64,000 nucleotides of DNA, taken from the IMG/VR virus record IMGVR_UViG_3300032030_000035, positions 37,610 to 101,609 of that record; one strand, written 5' to 3'. The notes beneath the pieces are model-generated. The model searched no databases. It was not told the origin of the DNA and worked only from the letters and a program-made list of their open reading frames with translations. The position numbers and the translations under genes were made by a program. The first letter of the stretch is position 1, and each line of letters begins with the position of its first letter. Source of the DNA: a virus. Its lineage: Duplodnaviria > Caudoviricetes. Below, piece by piece: positions 20,601 to 29,706 of the stretch.

Positions 20601-23249
20601 TATCCTATTAACTTCTTTTTTATCGCCAGCCTCTTCTGCTGCTTTTTTAGCCTCTTCTAATTCTTCGTATTTCTTTGTTAAATCATCTATTGCTTTTTTA
20701 TTTTCTTCTATAACTTCTAAAGTTATTCGTATATCATTATTTTCTTGTTCTTTTTGTTCTTGAAGTTTTCTAAGACGCTCAGCTTCTTCATCAGCTGCAT
20801 CTTTAAATGCGCCTGCTATTTTCTTCCATCCCGAACTAACGATAGGAAAATAAAAAACCATATTAGTCATAGTTTGAAGTAATTTTTGTCCTATATCTAA
20901 ATCATTATTACTCCAAATCTGACCAATTTTACTAATACCAATAAGACCTGTAGCTGCTTTACCTATACCAGCACCGACGTCCAGCCAATATTTTGTAGCG
21001 GCTCTATCATCTAACGCCTTCGCAAAAGTTTCCTGAGCTGCAGTCACAGATTTTTGAGCTCCCGTAACGCCATTTATAGCCTGTCTAAGTTGCTCAGCTT
21101 TTTCAATTTCCTGTTGAATAATTGCTAAAGCTTTTTGATGATCGACCATTTTAATACCAGTAGTTTCATCTATACTAAAAGCGTCACCTCTTTTAAATAA
21201 TTTATTAAGATGATCCTGACTAATACTACCTCCAAACTTATCTGAACCTTTAAAAAGAATATCTGTAAGGTTTGCGTCTGGTAAAAAATCTTCATCTGCA
21301 AATGTCTTTTCAACTAAATCACTCAATTGTTTCCAATCATATTGTAATTCAGCCGCACCTTTTACTAATCTATTTTGTGTTTCTTCTAACTTATCGAAAT
21401 TTTTAAAGTCTGCTTTTTTAACACCATTAAGCAGTTCTCCATATTCTTTTTGCATTGATTCTACAATGCTTTTATTCTCTAATAATTTAGTTCCGGCTTG
21501 AGATAACTCATTAAAATGTTCTCTTTCTTCTTTTGTTAAGAGAGATACATTCTCATAAATTCTACGATAAAATTCTTCTTGTTCTGCTAAACCTCTACTA
21601 ACAAGTCCATCATCAGAGGGGTCATAACTACCCACAGAATCTCTAAGACTTTGGAGTTTACTCTCCTCTTCTGCCTTAAGCATTTTCTGGTTAGCATCAT
21701 TCATAGCATTTTGGCTAAAAAACGTTGATAAAGGTCCAGTAGTAGCACCGGCACCAAGAGATAATGCTGCAGGGACTATACCAGCGAGTCCGCCAAAAGA
21801 TTCAACTAAATGGTCAACACCCTTAATAAGGTTAGTTAATAAATCATAAAAATTCTTAATATCTTTATCATCAAATAAACTAGAATATAAATCTTCAGAT
21901 GCAGCTCTTAACTTATTTAAATGAGCCTGCATTGAGTCCATATAGATTTCATTCTGTTTAGTAAGTGTTCCTTCTGCCGTTGCTGCAGTCTTTAAGTTAG
22001 TCTGGAATTTATCCCAGTTACTCATTAAAGCAACTAATTGAGTATACTGTCTTGTACCGGCAACAGTCTGTGCTAAAGCTACCTGAGTATCAGCACTTAA
22101 ACTTTGCCATTTAGAACCCATCTCATCAAGGATATCATCCATATCTTTAAGATTTCCATTGGCATCTTTGATGTTAATTCCAACAGCCTCTAATGCCTGA
22201 GAATATTTACCTAATGTAGTGCCATCTTCAAGAGTATCTCCTAACTCAAGATCCTGGATACGAGCAAACAATGTCTTAAAAGCTGTACCTACGATATCTG
22301 CGGACTGACGAGTTTCAGATACTACTGTAGCAAGAGCAGTCGTAGCATATTCGTAACTTAAACCAACTGTGTCAGAAACTGCCGCGAACTTTTCGAGACC
22401 TTGAGCAATTTCCTCAGAAGAAGATGCGGTTGCCGCACCAAGAGCGGTAATGGTATCACCAAAAGACTCAAGTGACTTAGTACCATCATCGAAGTTATTC
22501 CAAATAGCAGTCATGTATTCAGAAACTTCATCTGCGGAAGTTCCTAAAGCGTTAGCCATTTTAATAGTAACGTTAGTTCTTTCCGCAACCTGCTCATCGT
22601 CCAAACCTTGCTGGTAGTAAATAAGAGAAGCATCAGTATAATCGGTAGTAGTTGTACCTAATGCCTGTGCTGCATTATTTGCCTGCACCGCAAACTCTTT
22701 CATATCTTCCGCAGACTTCTGCGTAACGATACGAATATCATTTAAAGACCTGTCTAAGTCTTTAATATATCCCATAGCCTGAGAAACTGTCTTAGTAGCG
22801 GTATTTAACATAGCGTTAAAGCCTGTATACATTATAGTATTTTTAAAACTACTAAATAATTTCTCGGTAAATTTATTTGTATATTGAACAGCCGTATTTA
22901 ATTGATATACTTGCGAAGTAACTCTTGCAAAAGCAGTAGTACCTTCAGGTCCTAACGTGGCAAGATTAGCTCTAATTTGATTTAAACTCATCCCACTTTT
23001 TTCAATACTCTTTTGGAAAGTATTGAAATTTATACCATTTAAATTTATATCAAAGGCAGAGTCTAAGGCATTTTCAAGAACTCTAACCGATGAAGTTACT
23101 TTTTCAACTTGCTCGGCAGAAAAACCTTGAAGAAAGTCCGTATCAACAGAACCTAAATCTTTTAAAGATTTTTTTAAGGCATTTAATCCGGACATATCGA
23201 CTTGAGTTTTAATACCCAGAGTAAAAACCATATTATTATTATTAGCCAT
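14637..23249 (-). CDS. Tail tape measure protein
   Basis: About 2870 aa, helical and Ala/Glu/Lys-rich; TP901-type core (LDRSLNDIRIVT...ALGTTT..YTDASLIYYQQG); C-terminal FASGGYTG..AVLHQKELVLN. ATG at 23249 follows GGAGG. Confidence 0.9.
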   Translation of the reverse strand: MANNNNMVFTLGIKTQVDMSGLNALKKSLKDLGSVDTDFLQGFSAEQVEKVTSSVRVLENALDSAFDINLNGINFNTFQKSIEKSGMSLNQIRANLATLGPEGTTAFARVTSQVYQLNTAVQYTNKFTEKLFSSFKNTIMYTGFNAMLNTATKTVSQAMGYIKDLDRSLNDIRIVTQKSAEDMKEFAVQANNAAQALGTTTTDYTDASLIYYQQGLDDEQVAERTNVTIKMANALGTSADEVSEYMTAIWNNFDDGTKSLESFGDTITALGAATASSSEEIAQGLEKFAAVSDTVGLSYEYATTALATVVSETRQSADIVGTAFKTLFARIQDLELGDTLEDGTTLGKYSQALEAVGINIKDANGNLKDMDDILDEMGSKWQSLSADTQVALAQTVAGTRQYTQLVALMSNWDKFQTNLKTAATAEGTLTKQNEIYMDSMQAHLNKLRAASEDLYSSLFDDKDIKNFYDLLTNLIKGVDHLVESFGGLAGIVPAALSLGAGATTGPLSTFFSQNAMNDANQKMLKAEEESKLQSLRDSVGSYDPSDDGLVSRGLAEQEEFYRRIYENVSLLTKEEREHFNELSQAGTKLLENKSIVESMQKEYGELLNGVKKADFKNFDKLEETQNRLVKGAAELQYDWKQLSDLVEKTFADEDFLPDANLTDILFKGSDKFGGSISQDHLNKLFKRGDAFSIDETTGIKMVDHQKALAIIQQEIEKAEQLRQAINGVTGAQKSVTAAQETFAKALDDRAATKYWLDVGAGIGKAATGLIGISKIGQIWSNNDLDIGQKLLQTMTNMVFYFPIVSSGWKKIAGAFKDAADEEAERLRKLQEQKEQENNDIRITLEVIEENKKAIDDLTKKYEELEEAKKAAEEAGDKKEVNRINREQKKVQKDKDKTQKTNDNEQKKLDELRDENGITEIIKSIEDLKDPQKTLFKGFEILTKKGIGGLKDAIVKKGGGLLKAIKEVYTGLGALGPVAAIAGVAIVGVKAALAVYNNTLEKNAKNAEEAARKDAELAEKKKEEYENIKNLKQAYDELNESEDVRSITDLRNETYKLCLQYGEEELAVKSLSASYDELNSIIEDNLGLRSEEYKNSTQKAIESQKKSIENAMLAYAGAEHGKTQFFSAEGDNIALTSGIGIDFGESDYIKQLNQYASQYGLEDLITGGILGGDYLNQEVFAELLAKDAQGFKDLINSSSNDVALELNEYIDMLGDKVDALTTLSTEAITAIKESISNTLTSADVASTNFLATRKDIISELINSGLKQDEAEDEANKILSQFSGEGLKNIQAYNLAEAIFGDPEGYFEEFAEHTQAELVFLARFQNYFKTTGKDIDEFLEKYGNLANLVSDSEFAMTIPATLAAANGKGKFEEDEINALFPDGRPEIKLKTGLIMDRETFENSDFETQTRVASQALLEGLIDTSKNAEATKQAIAELKGELETLPTSIKFGDMFDIDESNIETFRQAANIAEDLFEEKYSTIDFSQLTDDQLNAIEELITSEEISAEKYEEVLRAIGNDEIADALAKAQEQIKEAQATVDYEDLNGNETLQKAANENLEKAKQNYSELTEQINSYLASQGAVEKYNRQVINTTNELQAEMEALQAGIIDAAAADEEIEKQYKNIGAVIDTLQSQYSSLQSVVEDYNDNGKLSIDSIQQLVEMDNAFVASLELENGQLKINNEAYSSLMDVQMAYMRQQVMADLITDLHRLTEENATEATEKYNSTYSELGDTVLQTANKVAAGTELLEQFSKDAYRLAGLSASDFGVNTEAAEEAIQAAYNKLRLMGSIDYFEGTGSGSGSNKTKDKEEKDFDDEYDRYWDINNAIEKVTHALSKLDKEQEKLSRTELISSLKAENELLEIQAQKYNDLAAEQHKEAAELREQLEGYGIIFDSEGQIQNYLAQTKASLEQYNQVVADYNAGNISDESFEAYEKDYNTFKEVLDKYDELFYNKMVDTQDKLDDITRQIKENNLTGWETELTLKLDTHQADRDWNDFIGKIEDNFKSRWTDFGTQFRTAVFDANSLGGEGGTIDDELKAAKEVMAEIDKMEAGGDSSMFESISQAQDKLKELQDQLVDDAGALFDLYQNGWDNYNSAIDEVIDKFGEVQNSIEAINADLNHQSKIIELLYGQQAYDFLDSLYNAQSKNYLTQLASLRDQNAFYQSQYEKAAAEYGVDSDAAQKFKKAWDDAIKDLHAAEEAYLENLAKSYSNTVAKAFSDAEKKLMKGSSYNFVSEQWNLAKEAADGVYDDQEKIYQLEKLSLKYQEAIDKASTTKSQQKLQDLYESQVKSLEDRTTLTEYDITLAEKRLAVAQAEADLEDARNNKNALKVTRDTAGNWSYQYVADEGDLDDKQQALLDAQYEAYEYVKQNVSDLKEEMIKLAEDWSTTIADLEAKMIGATEEEKAQYQMMIDWYNDYYATQMNTKADELKAHEVNLAEETNALLATEYMVNTDNYNLMIDSQKRAIDEMAKFAIESATDVYNSAGEAYDAIVEHGDEAMRETIDYFATAASEITDIWSNNPDSVKNAMLEAMTICTQAQLDYGEAVREGCIAAGEDYADVEAQIYEDVEATEELQDATSDLVATATSELAEYESYLSFLEDAWYRVKDSVYENGIEMMDYISKLGAAKQAAIEFVSVLDEAIQKEYEFQRAAAGGTGGGGSSSSYDSSSNIRDWKIESQFGGNYGIWDTKQNNWVHIAGTSSDGYNGLLDYLADHGYISNENLEKKRQTMSDDEILKWMMTLPVLNTTTASHFASGGYTGDWSNDDGKFAVLHQKELVLNADDTANMLEAVSIIRQLSGINSSIQSAIAESIAAALGRISGVSGTGNITNNSGSNNVYNINAEFPAANDVNDIREALLSLPNLAAQRTGLQTI

Positions 23250-23350
23250 CTTCAACCTCCTTATAATCTCTTTTGGTCTAAAAACAAAAAATAGACCTCG
23301 TTATTTAATGTAAATAACGAGGTCTATAGATTAAATCATTTTACCCTATT

Positions 23351-23860
23351 TTATTTAAGACCAGAACTCTTGGCTATTGAAACAACATTTTCCATTTTGT
23401 CTAAATCAAGAGATTCTAAGGCTTTATTAAATTTATCTGTAGCATCAGGCGCAAAAGCAAGGAATTTATCAATAAATCCTCTTGCGGAATTGCGGTAAAC
23501 GGTATAGTCATCAACCATACTAGAAAGTAATTCAAGTAAGTCCGAATAATCTTTTGCGGGCATGGCATCAATTACTGCTTTAATAATACCATCTTTTTCT
23601 AACGAGTCGTATAAAGCAAGGATATCTGCCTTATCCTCATCAGAGATCTCTAAATCAGTATACTTTAATATTAAGTATACTTCAAAAACAGCACTGGTAA
23701 TAAGGTCAGTCATCACAGTACCGCCATCCGCCTTCTGCATTACCATCTCAAGCAGATTCTTTTTTTCTTCTGTTGATAAAAATTGTTTTACCTTAATTTT
23801 AAGTTTCCCAACCTCTATTTCTTTATCGTTAGGAATTGCATTATTTATACTATACTTCAT
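23351..23860 (-). CDS. Hypothetical protein, possible tail assembly chaperone
   Basis: 169 aa immediately upstream of the tape measure; AAGGAGG RBS; own sigmaA promoter. Confidence 0.45.
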   Translation of the reverse strand: MKYSINNAIPNDKEIEVGKLKIKVKQFLSTEEKKNLLEMVMQKADGGTVMTDLITSAVFEVYLILKYTDLEISDEDKADILALYDSLEKDGIIKAVIDAMPAKDYSDLLELLSSMVDDYTVYRNSARGFIDKFLAFAPDATDKFNKALESLDLDKMENVVSIAKSSGLK

Positions 23861-23888
23861 AGAAGTACCTCCTTTTATTTCCTAATAT

Positions 23889-23917
23889 AATTATAACAAA
23901 ATTTTTCTATTTTGTCA
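23889..23917 (-). promoter_or_regulatory. sigmaA-type promoter
   Basis: Minus strand TTGACA-17 bp-TATAAT with TG extension, upstream of 23860. Confidence 0.75.
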
Positions 23918-23921
23918 AGAT

Positions 23922-25196
23922 TTAAGTTACAATCTCTTTACCTCTTTGCTTATAGCCTTCTCTAGAATAATGAATACCTAATTTTAATTTATGTTCTTCA
24001 AAAGGTGCTGTTTTTAGATAGTCTGCTAAAATTTGTCTTATACTATGAACTTGGATATCGGTACTTTGTGGATCATTTATTACAAGAAAATCGGCAGTTT
24101 CATTAATATCGGTTAATATATTTCCTTTTCTTGTACTCTGTATTTGCATCTGTCCAAATCCACTATATCCATATATCATTTTTATTTTATTCATATAACC
24201 TATTACCGTGGGTACATTATTTGGTTTTGCGTGTATTCCTTGTGAATAAATTTTTAAAGCTTCTATTCTATCTACACCTTCCAACGACGTAATTGGACTC
24301 ATAATAGCTCTAAAAGGCACAGTATTATCTATAGTTACACTATTATTTGGTGAAGCATATTGTTTAAGAGAAAAATTTTTAGTATAAATTAATTTTAAAG
24401 CCTTATCTACAAGTGTTGTTCCTCTTATCTCTATTTCTCCTTGCTGTCTTTGAATATCTACTTTTTGACTTTTACCGGTTAATTTACTATTACTATTATC
24501 ATTTTCTTTTTCTTTTTCTTGATCTTTAATAATTGATCCAAGAAGAATCTTTTGAAGTTCAGTTTGTCCATCTTTAGTTATAAGACCCATTAATCCTTTA
24601 AACTCATCATTAGTAACTTCGTAAGTACCATTAGCATTACCACCTTTTATACCTGCTAACACAGTACCAGTCATAAAATTATTTTTAGAAAATTTATAAT
24701 TTGTAGAAATTTCCCTCTCACCCATTTTTATAACTTTTTGATTTTGAATTGCTAAATTTAAAGATTTTGCTATAACTTGAGCAAAACCTTCCTCAAACAA
24801 GAATCCTCCCACTCCTTTAGCTTCTCCTGGTTGACGGAGATGATAAAAGAAATCTGGCTTAATAGCTGAATTTTGCCCTATCTCTTCAATTAAATTTGAA
24901 TAAAATTTATCTTCTAATAATGTTTTAAAATACTTTCCTCCTTTAGCATCATTAAAATAACTTTGAGGAGACCATAGCTTAAAATTTTTCTTTCTATCCG
25001 CCATTCTTAATTTTATTCCATAAAAAAAATCTTCAAGTAATTTAGCATCTTCAATATCTTGTTCTAATTTAATTTTTCCTTGATATTTTTTCCAAATAGC
25101 ATCATGTAAGTTTTTATACACCTGATTTGAATGTATTCGGTCATTTTCATTTGTAGGATGCCATCTGTAATATTGCCCTTCCCAATATGAATGCAT
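23922..25196 (-). CDS. Hypothetical protein, possible PD-(D/E)xK-fold nuclease
   Basis: 424 aa, Lys-rich, inside the tail operon; GFLFEE...KSQKVDI...NFSLKQY pattern. Confidence 0.4.
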   Translation of the reverse strand: MHSYWEGQYYRWHPTNENDRIHSNQVYKNLHDAIWKKYQGKIKLEQDIEDAKLLEDFFYGIKLRMADRKKNFKLWSPQSYFNDAKGGKYFKTLLEDKFYSNLIEEIGQNSAIKPDFFYHLRQPGEAKGVGGFLFEEGFAQVIAKSLNLAIQNQKVIKMGEREISTNYKFSKNNFMTGTVLAGIKGGNANGTYEVTNDEFKGLMGLITKDGQTELQKILLGSIIKDQEKEKENDNSNSKLTGKSQKVDIQRQQGEIEIRGTTLVDKALKLIYTKNFSLKQYASPNNSVTIDNTVPFRAIMSPITSLEGVDRIEALKIYSQGIHAKPNNVPTVIGYMNKIKMIYGYSGFGQMQIQSTRKGNILTDINETADFLVINDPQSTDIQVHSIRQILADYLKTAPFEEHKLKLGIHYSREGYKQRGKEIVT

Positions 25197-25232
25197 TAAT
25201 TACACCCCTTCCCGCAAGTTTTATGTAAAAAA

Positions 25233-25266
25233 AAATAAGGGGTTCATAAAGAACCCCTTATTTATA
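25233..25266 (-). terminator. Intrinsic terminator after tail tube gene
   Basis: AAATAAGGGGTTC/GAACCCCTTATTT inverted repeat with T-run on the minus strand. Confidence 0.75.
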
Positions 25267-25278
25267 ATCTTAATCAGA

Positions 25279-26490
25279 TTAAGCAAGTGTAATTGACTTA
25301 CTATCTGTAGCAGTACCAAGAGTAGCTGTAACTGTAACTTCATCACCTGATGAAAGAGCATTAACATTAACTGAGAATGTGTTACCAGCAAGCATCTCAA
25401 CATCGAGATTTGTAGAATCAGAAACTGCAGTAATTGTAGGTGTATCAGTAGAACCTGTTACTGTATAAGAACCTGTTACAACGCCTGTACCTGCTGTAAG
25501 CTCACGAAGAGTAACTGTAGGAGTAACTACAGGCTCACTAGAGTGAGTATCAGCATCAATATGAGTATGGAACTCTGTATCGTTGATATCACCACCTGTA
25601 ACAATCTGGATATCACAAACTGTCTTCTTACTTCTGTCGAACATTGTGTAAGCAGGCATAGCATCCATTACGAAGTCGAAAGTAGAAGGATCACCAGATG
25701 CAGCCATTGTGAATGTAAATGCTGACTGTACCTTTACTTTAGGGAAGATAATTGATGCAGCAAGATCCTTACCTGTAGCTTCATCTCTGAAAAGTGTATC
25801 TGCTTCAACGTAGAAGAATCCACCAAATGAACTAGGAAGAATGTTAATTGTCTGTACGCCTTCCTTAAATGCGATATAGAAATCTACCTTAGCAGAAAAG
25901 CCTGCTGTTGTATTTGCTATTGTGAACTCTAAAGGATTAGCAGCTGTGATTTCAAGCAGATAATCTTCATCACCAGCAGCACCTGTTACAGTAATATCGC
26001 TATCTTCAATGTAATCTGTAACTGAACCTGAAGAGTTTGTCTTCATACCGAACATCGGTATATCAGAGCAGTAGTAAAGTGTTGTAGCTGTAAGACCAAG
26101 TTCACTATTTAATTCATCAAGAGTAATTTTACCCTTGCCAGAGTTATCAATATTTACATCATAAGATACATGAATATGTGCAATCTTAGAAGGTGTAGCA
26201 TCAATAAGACCTGCACCAGAAAGAACTGCCATACCCATAGGACTCATAAGAGCATCAGTAACAGTGAAAGTCATTGTTTTTTCACCTTCCCAAGAGATGA
26301 GACGGTTATAACCACGACCACCCTGTGCATAAACTACTGTTGTAGCCTGCTCCATATTAGAAGTTGTAGCTGTATCTATGACAAAAACGGGCTGTCCAGC
26401 TTTAAATGTTTTGCTTCCTATCTTTGTACCGTTACTAAGAGCTTTGAAAGTAACATTACAAATTTCACGAACACCAAAACGTCCTTGCAT
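25279..26490 (-). CDS. Major tail (tube) protein with C-terminal Ig-like extension
   Basis: FGVREICNVTF, YAQGGRG..RLISWEGEK, FTFTMAASGDPSTFDF motifs; highly biased codon use; Thr/Val-rich C-terminal domain. Confidence 0.75.
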   Translation of the reverse strand: MQGRFGVREICNVTFKALSNGTKIGSKTFKAGQPVFVIDTATTSNMEQATTVVYAQGGRGYNRLISWEGEKTMTFTVTDALMSPMGMAVLSGAGLIDATPSKIAHIHVSYDVNIDNSGKGKITLDELNSELGLTATTLYYCSDIPMFGMKTNSSGSVTDYIEDSDITVTGAAGDEDYLLEITAANPLEFTIANTTAGFSAKVDFYIAFKEGVQTINILPSSFGGFFYVEADTLFRDEATGKDLAASIIFPKVKVQSAFTFTMAASGDPSTFDFVMDAMPAYTMFDRSKKTVCDIQIVTGGDINDTEFHTHIDADTHSSEPVVTPTVTLRELTAGTGVVTGSYTVTGSTDTPTITAVSDSTNLDVEMLAGNTFSVNVNALSSGDEVTVTATLGTATDSKSITLA

Positions 26491-26550
26491 ATATGTTTTC
26501 CTCCTTTTTTAGTATGCATTAATTATGTAAACGGTACATTTTTGTTACCG

Positions 26551-27285
26551 TTATACTTCTGACATCCAATCTTCTGCCTCGTCTAAACCAGTAGCACCTG
26601 CAAGTTGTGCAGCATAATGAGCATCCCATTTAACTTTAAGAATATATCTTTGAAATTGAGTTTCTATTTGTTCAACAGTATAATTTAAAATAGTGTTTAA
26701 ATCCATCTGTAAACCAATACTTAATATAGATGCATACCTTTTATATACACTAATATCTTTTTCATTTTCAAGTTCCTTATTCTTTTTGTTTTTACCTTCC
26801 ATTAATTTATTCGCTATGGCTTGTGCTCGGCTATCCGCAGGAATATATACATTCTTATCAGAATCGGTACCAGGGAACATTTTAGAAAGAATCTGTTGAA
26901 ACTCAAAAAAATTAGTATCATCTATAAAAGATACTATCCCCTCTTCCGCTTTAACTAACTGTATATCTCTCTCACGAATTTTTATTTCAAAGTTTGGAAA
27001 TAGTAAAAATAATAAAGACATAAAGTTTTGTCTTGCATTAACTTCTTGTTGGTCTTTATTATTTACTATTGCTATAAATATCTCAAAATCACTCTTATTC
27101 GATAAACCAGAATTGTCCTGAGATTTCCTTATAATTTTTGGAATATATAAGATTAAATGAACAGCTATTCTAAAAGTTGTTTCACCTATTAATCCAATTT
27201 CTTTTATAGTTGGATTATGTATTACTATTTTAGCAGAAGTAAACGGTATATCATTATTTGTAAAAAATAATAATTTATTTTCCAT
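26551..27285 (-). CDS. Morphogenesis hypothetical protein
   Basis: 244 aa, abutting the neighbouring gene in the neck/tail cluster. Confidence 0.55.
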   Translation of the reverse strand: MENKLLFFTNNDIPFTSAKIVIHNPTIKEIGLIGETTFRIAVHLILYIPKIIRKSQDNSGLSNKSDFEIFIAIVNNKDQQEVNARQNFMSLLFLLFPNFEIKIRERDIQLVKAEEGIVSFIDDTNFFEFQQILSKMFPGTDSDKNVYIPADSRAQAIANKLMEGKNKKNKELENEKDISVYKRYASILSIGLQMDLNTILNYTVEQIETQFQRYILKVKWDAHYAAQLAGATGLDEAEDWMSEV

Positions 27286-27879
27286 TTATTCTTCCTCAAC
27301 AGGTAAAGCGTCATCAACTCCATGAACGGCACTATATAATAAACAATAGCCGCATAAATCTTCATCAATAACCAATTCGTTACAACTGATAAAATTAAAT
27401 GTTCCAATACCAGATAATCTTGCCCCATTTAAAATTGCATCTATATAACCGGCAATCTTTAAAGGTCTGATTTTATAGTTTCCTATATCCCAATTATCTG
27501 GATGGCATAATATATCAATCATAACAGTACAATCTCTATAATATTCATTACTATTATTAGGGGCGAAATTATCAAAAGTGATAATAATATAAGTTTGACT
27601 CTCTTGATTTTCACCCCTAGCAAGTTTAGGAGTATATCTTACATATCCTTCTTCTATCAGTTTTCCAACTGTAGTTTCCCTTACCTTCTTATTATACTCC
27701 GGATTAGTTCTGTTATCTAAGCAATCTTTAGTATTTATAACAAGTAATCTTTTTAATTCATCACTACAAGGCTGATTATCTACAAATAAGCGTTTAATAA
27801 TCTCCTCTAAATCTTTTTCACAAGAGAGAAATGATGAATTATAATTACCAATATAACCATTGTTTTTTGCTATTCTCAT
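27286..27879 (-). CDS. Tail completion/terminator-like protein
   Basis: 197 aa at the neck position; DILCH..W...RPLKIAGYIDAILN motif. Confidence 0.5.
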   Translation of the reverse strand: MRIAKNNGYIGNYNSSFLSCEKDLEEIIKRLFVDNQPCSDELKRLLVINTKDCLDNRTNPEYNKKVRETTVGKLIEEGYVRYTPKLARGENQESQTYIIITFDNFAPNNSNEYYRDCTVMIDILCHPDNWDIGNYKIRPLKIAGYIDAILNGARLSGIGTFNFISCNELVIDEDLCGYCLLYSAVHGVDDALPVEEE

Positions 27880-27906
27880 AAAAAGCCTCCTTGTAAATCT
27901 CCTTGA

Positions 27907-28806
27907 TTATAGCGATTTTATTACAATAGGCAATTCAGCAATAACATTATCACCATCAGAATATTTTATAACAAAGTCTCCTGACCTACCAGTTACAATA
28001 TCAATAGAACAAGTAGCTTGTGCGGCGGCCGTTATCTTCGCCTTACCGTTAGATACTGACCATGTACCAGTCATATCAGTATTCTGTATTGAATAAGATA
28101 AATCTGTATCATAAGGATAAACCTGTAACGGTCCATCAATATAAGGTACAGTTGTGTCAGGTTCTATTATTTCAGTTTCAGTTTGGGCATCCTGCATTTC
28201 ATTATCAAAATATTCTTCCAGATATACTTCTATAATATCAGGTTGCGTATATCTATCGACAGCCGCAACCCGCCAGTTATGATTATCAAATTTTACTATT
28301 TGGTGCCTTTTGAAGAACTCATTAGTTTCTTCATTTTTAATAATATAAAACATTAAAGAATAATTCATTTCATTATACTCTATGTTATGTTTTTGTTTCC
28401 AAATTAAATCTGTTTCAACCGGTCCCCGCAACCAAATACGATACTTATTTTCTTTTGCCTGTATCTCATAATCACAACGTCTTATTTCGCCTCTGAAATA
28501 AGCTTCTTCTGTATATCTCCTATCTATAACCATCCAATAAGTTTGAGTTCTATCCCAATAAAAAACCTCTCCAGGTTTCATACCAGATTCAAACTCTATC
28601 GAAATTTCCTTTTGATCATAATCCGTAGATAACTTTATTGGATTGATTAAACATCGCCATTTTTCATCCTTAAAGGTAATCCATTCCGCTTGGTAGCTAT
28701 TTTTTTTAGCACTCCTTAAAGACTGTAACTTACCTTTAACTATACGGTCATCATTTGTAGGACCGCCGATAGCGTTCATGCGGGCCTTCATTAATTCTAA
28801 AGACAT
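27907..28806 (-). CDS. Head closure/neck protein with C-terminal Ig-like domain
   Basis: 299 aa, beta-rich; position after the adaptor. Confidence 0.5.
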   Translation of the reverse strand: MSLELMKARMNAIGGPTNDDRIVKGKLQSLRSAKKNSYQAEWITFKDEKWRCLINPIKLSTDYDQKEISIEFESGMKPGEVFYWDRTQTYWMVIDRRYTEEAYFRGEIRRCDYEIQAKENKYRIWLRGPVETDLIWKQKHNIEYNEMNYSLMFYIIKNEETNEFFKRHQIVKFDNHNWRVAAVDRYTQPDIIEVYLEEYFDNEMQDAQTETEIIEPDTTVPYIDGPLQVYPYDTDLSYSIQNTDMTGTWSVSNGKAKITAAAQATCSIDIVTGRSGDFVIKYSDGDNVIAELPIVIKSL

Positions 28807-29105
28807 TCCTTTGCCTTCTCTAACAGGCTAAGGCACTCAAAAATGCCTTTCCTATAATCTAAAAAATCATCCTTTTCGGTTAAAAGTGTTAAAGATTCTA
28901 ACCTACTTAAGAGTCGGAATAAGTCTATCTGACCGTTAAATAAACTGTCCATCCCGCCAATCTCTATAATTAAATTATGTAAGGATGATTGCCAATCTTT
29001 CCCTTCTTCTCTATCGGGTAGCAATTTAAAAATCCTATTGCTAATTCTAATGAAATTACTCTCAATTTCACTATCATTAATCTGAATACCATATTTTAAT
29101 GTCAT
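28797..29105 (-). CDS. Hypothetical neck-region protein
   Basis: 102 aa, overlapping the next gene; AGGAGG RBS. Confidence 0.6.
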   Translation of the reverse strand: MTLKYGIQINDSEIESNFIRISNRIFKLLPDREEGKDWQSSLHNLIIEIGGMDSLFNGQIDLFRLLSRLESLTLLTEKDDFLDYRKGIFECLSLLEKAKECL

Positions 29106-29119
29106 TTTACTACCTCCTT

Positions 29120-29683
29120 TTAGGTTATATTTAACCCATATGAAGGCTTAGTCATTATTAAATTAGCCGTTGAGCGAATTTCTCCATTAACATTAATTCT
29201 TCGTTTATATACTCTCTGTAAGTGAAAGCATTGCCGCGAAAACTCTCGTATCATAACTTGTAACTTAGCCATATGATTAGCTTGAGAGGTCATTTTAAAA
29301 TCAGCTCCGGTATAACGCATTTTGGTATTTTCAGTTATTGCTAACTGACGATTAAACCATTCAATAACCATTGCTAATGATAGTATATTTATTTCCTCCT
29401 GTGTTAAAGAACTATTAAATGCACCATCTCTCCATCCGGAAAGTGGTGCATCTGTATAATTACTTTCATATCCGTTATAGATACCAAGAGAATCATAGTA
29501 ACCAATTTCATAGTCCGTTATATCAAACCTAGGAAATTCGAAAAAGTGCATAGCGTTTAAAAGGATACCCTGTAAGTCTTTATAAACGTCAGATTCCTCC
29601 ATCTCCATGTACATTTCCTCAGTTACTCTTTCAAAAAAACTATCATAAATGGTAGTGAAAGGTGTAGTTTTATTTGCACTCAT
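29120..29683 (-). CDS. Head-tail adaptor-like protein
   Basis: 187 aa; TPFTTIYDSF, LTQEEINILSLAMVIEW, DFKMTSQANH; position downstream of the capsid genes. Confidence 0.55.
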   Translation of the reverse strand: MSANKTTPFTTIYDSFFERVTEEMYMEMEESDVYKDLQGILLNAMHFFEFPRFDITDYEIGYYDSLGIYNGYESNYTDAPLSGWRDGAFNSSLTQEEINILSLAMVIEWFNRQLAITENTKMRYTGADFKMTSQANHMAKLQVMIREFSRQCFHLQRVYKRRINVNGEIRSTANLIMTKPSYGLNIT

Positions 29684-29706
29684 CTTTCACTCTCCTTCAC
29701 GTTTAA

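Noticed and set aside
23255-27285. Contractile tail sheath or chaperone frameshift
   Set aside because: No sheath-like ORF was recognised and no convincing slippery site with a downstream open frame was seen.
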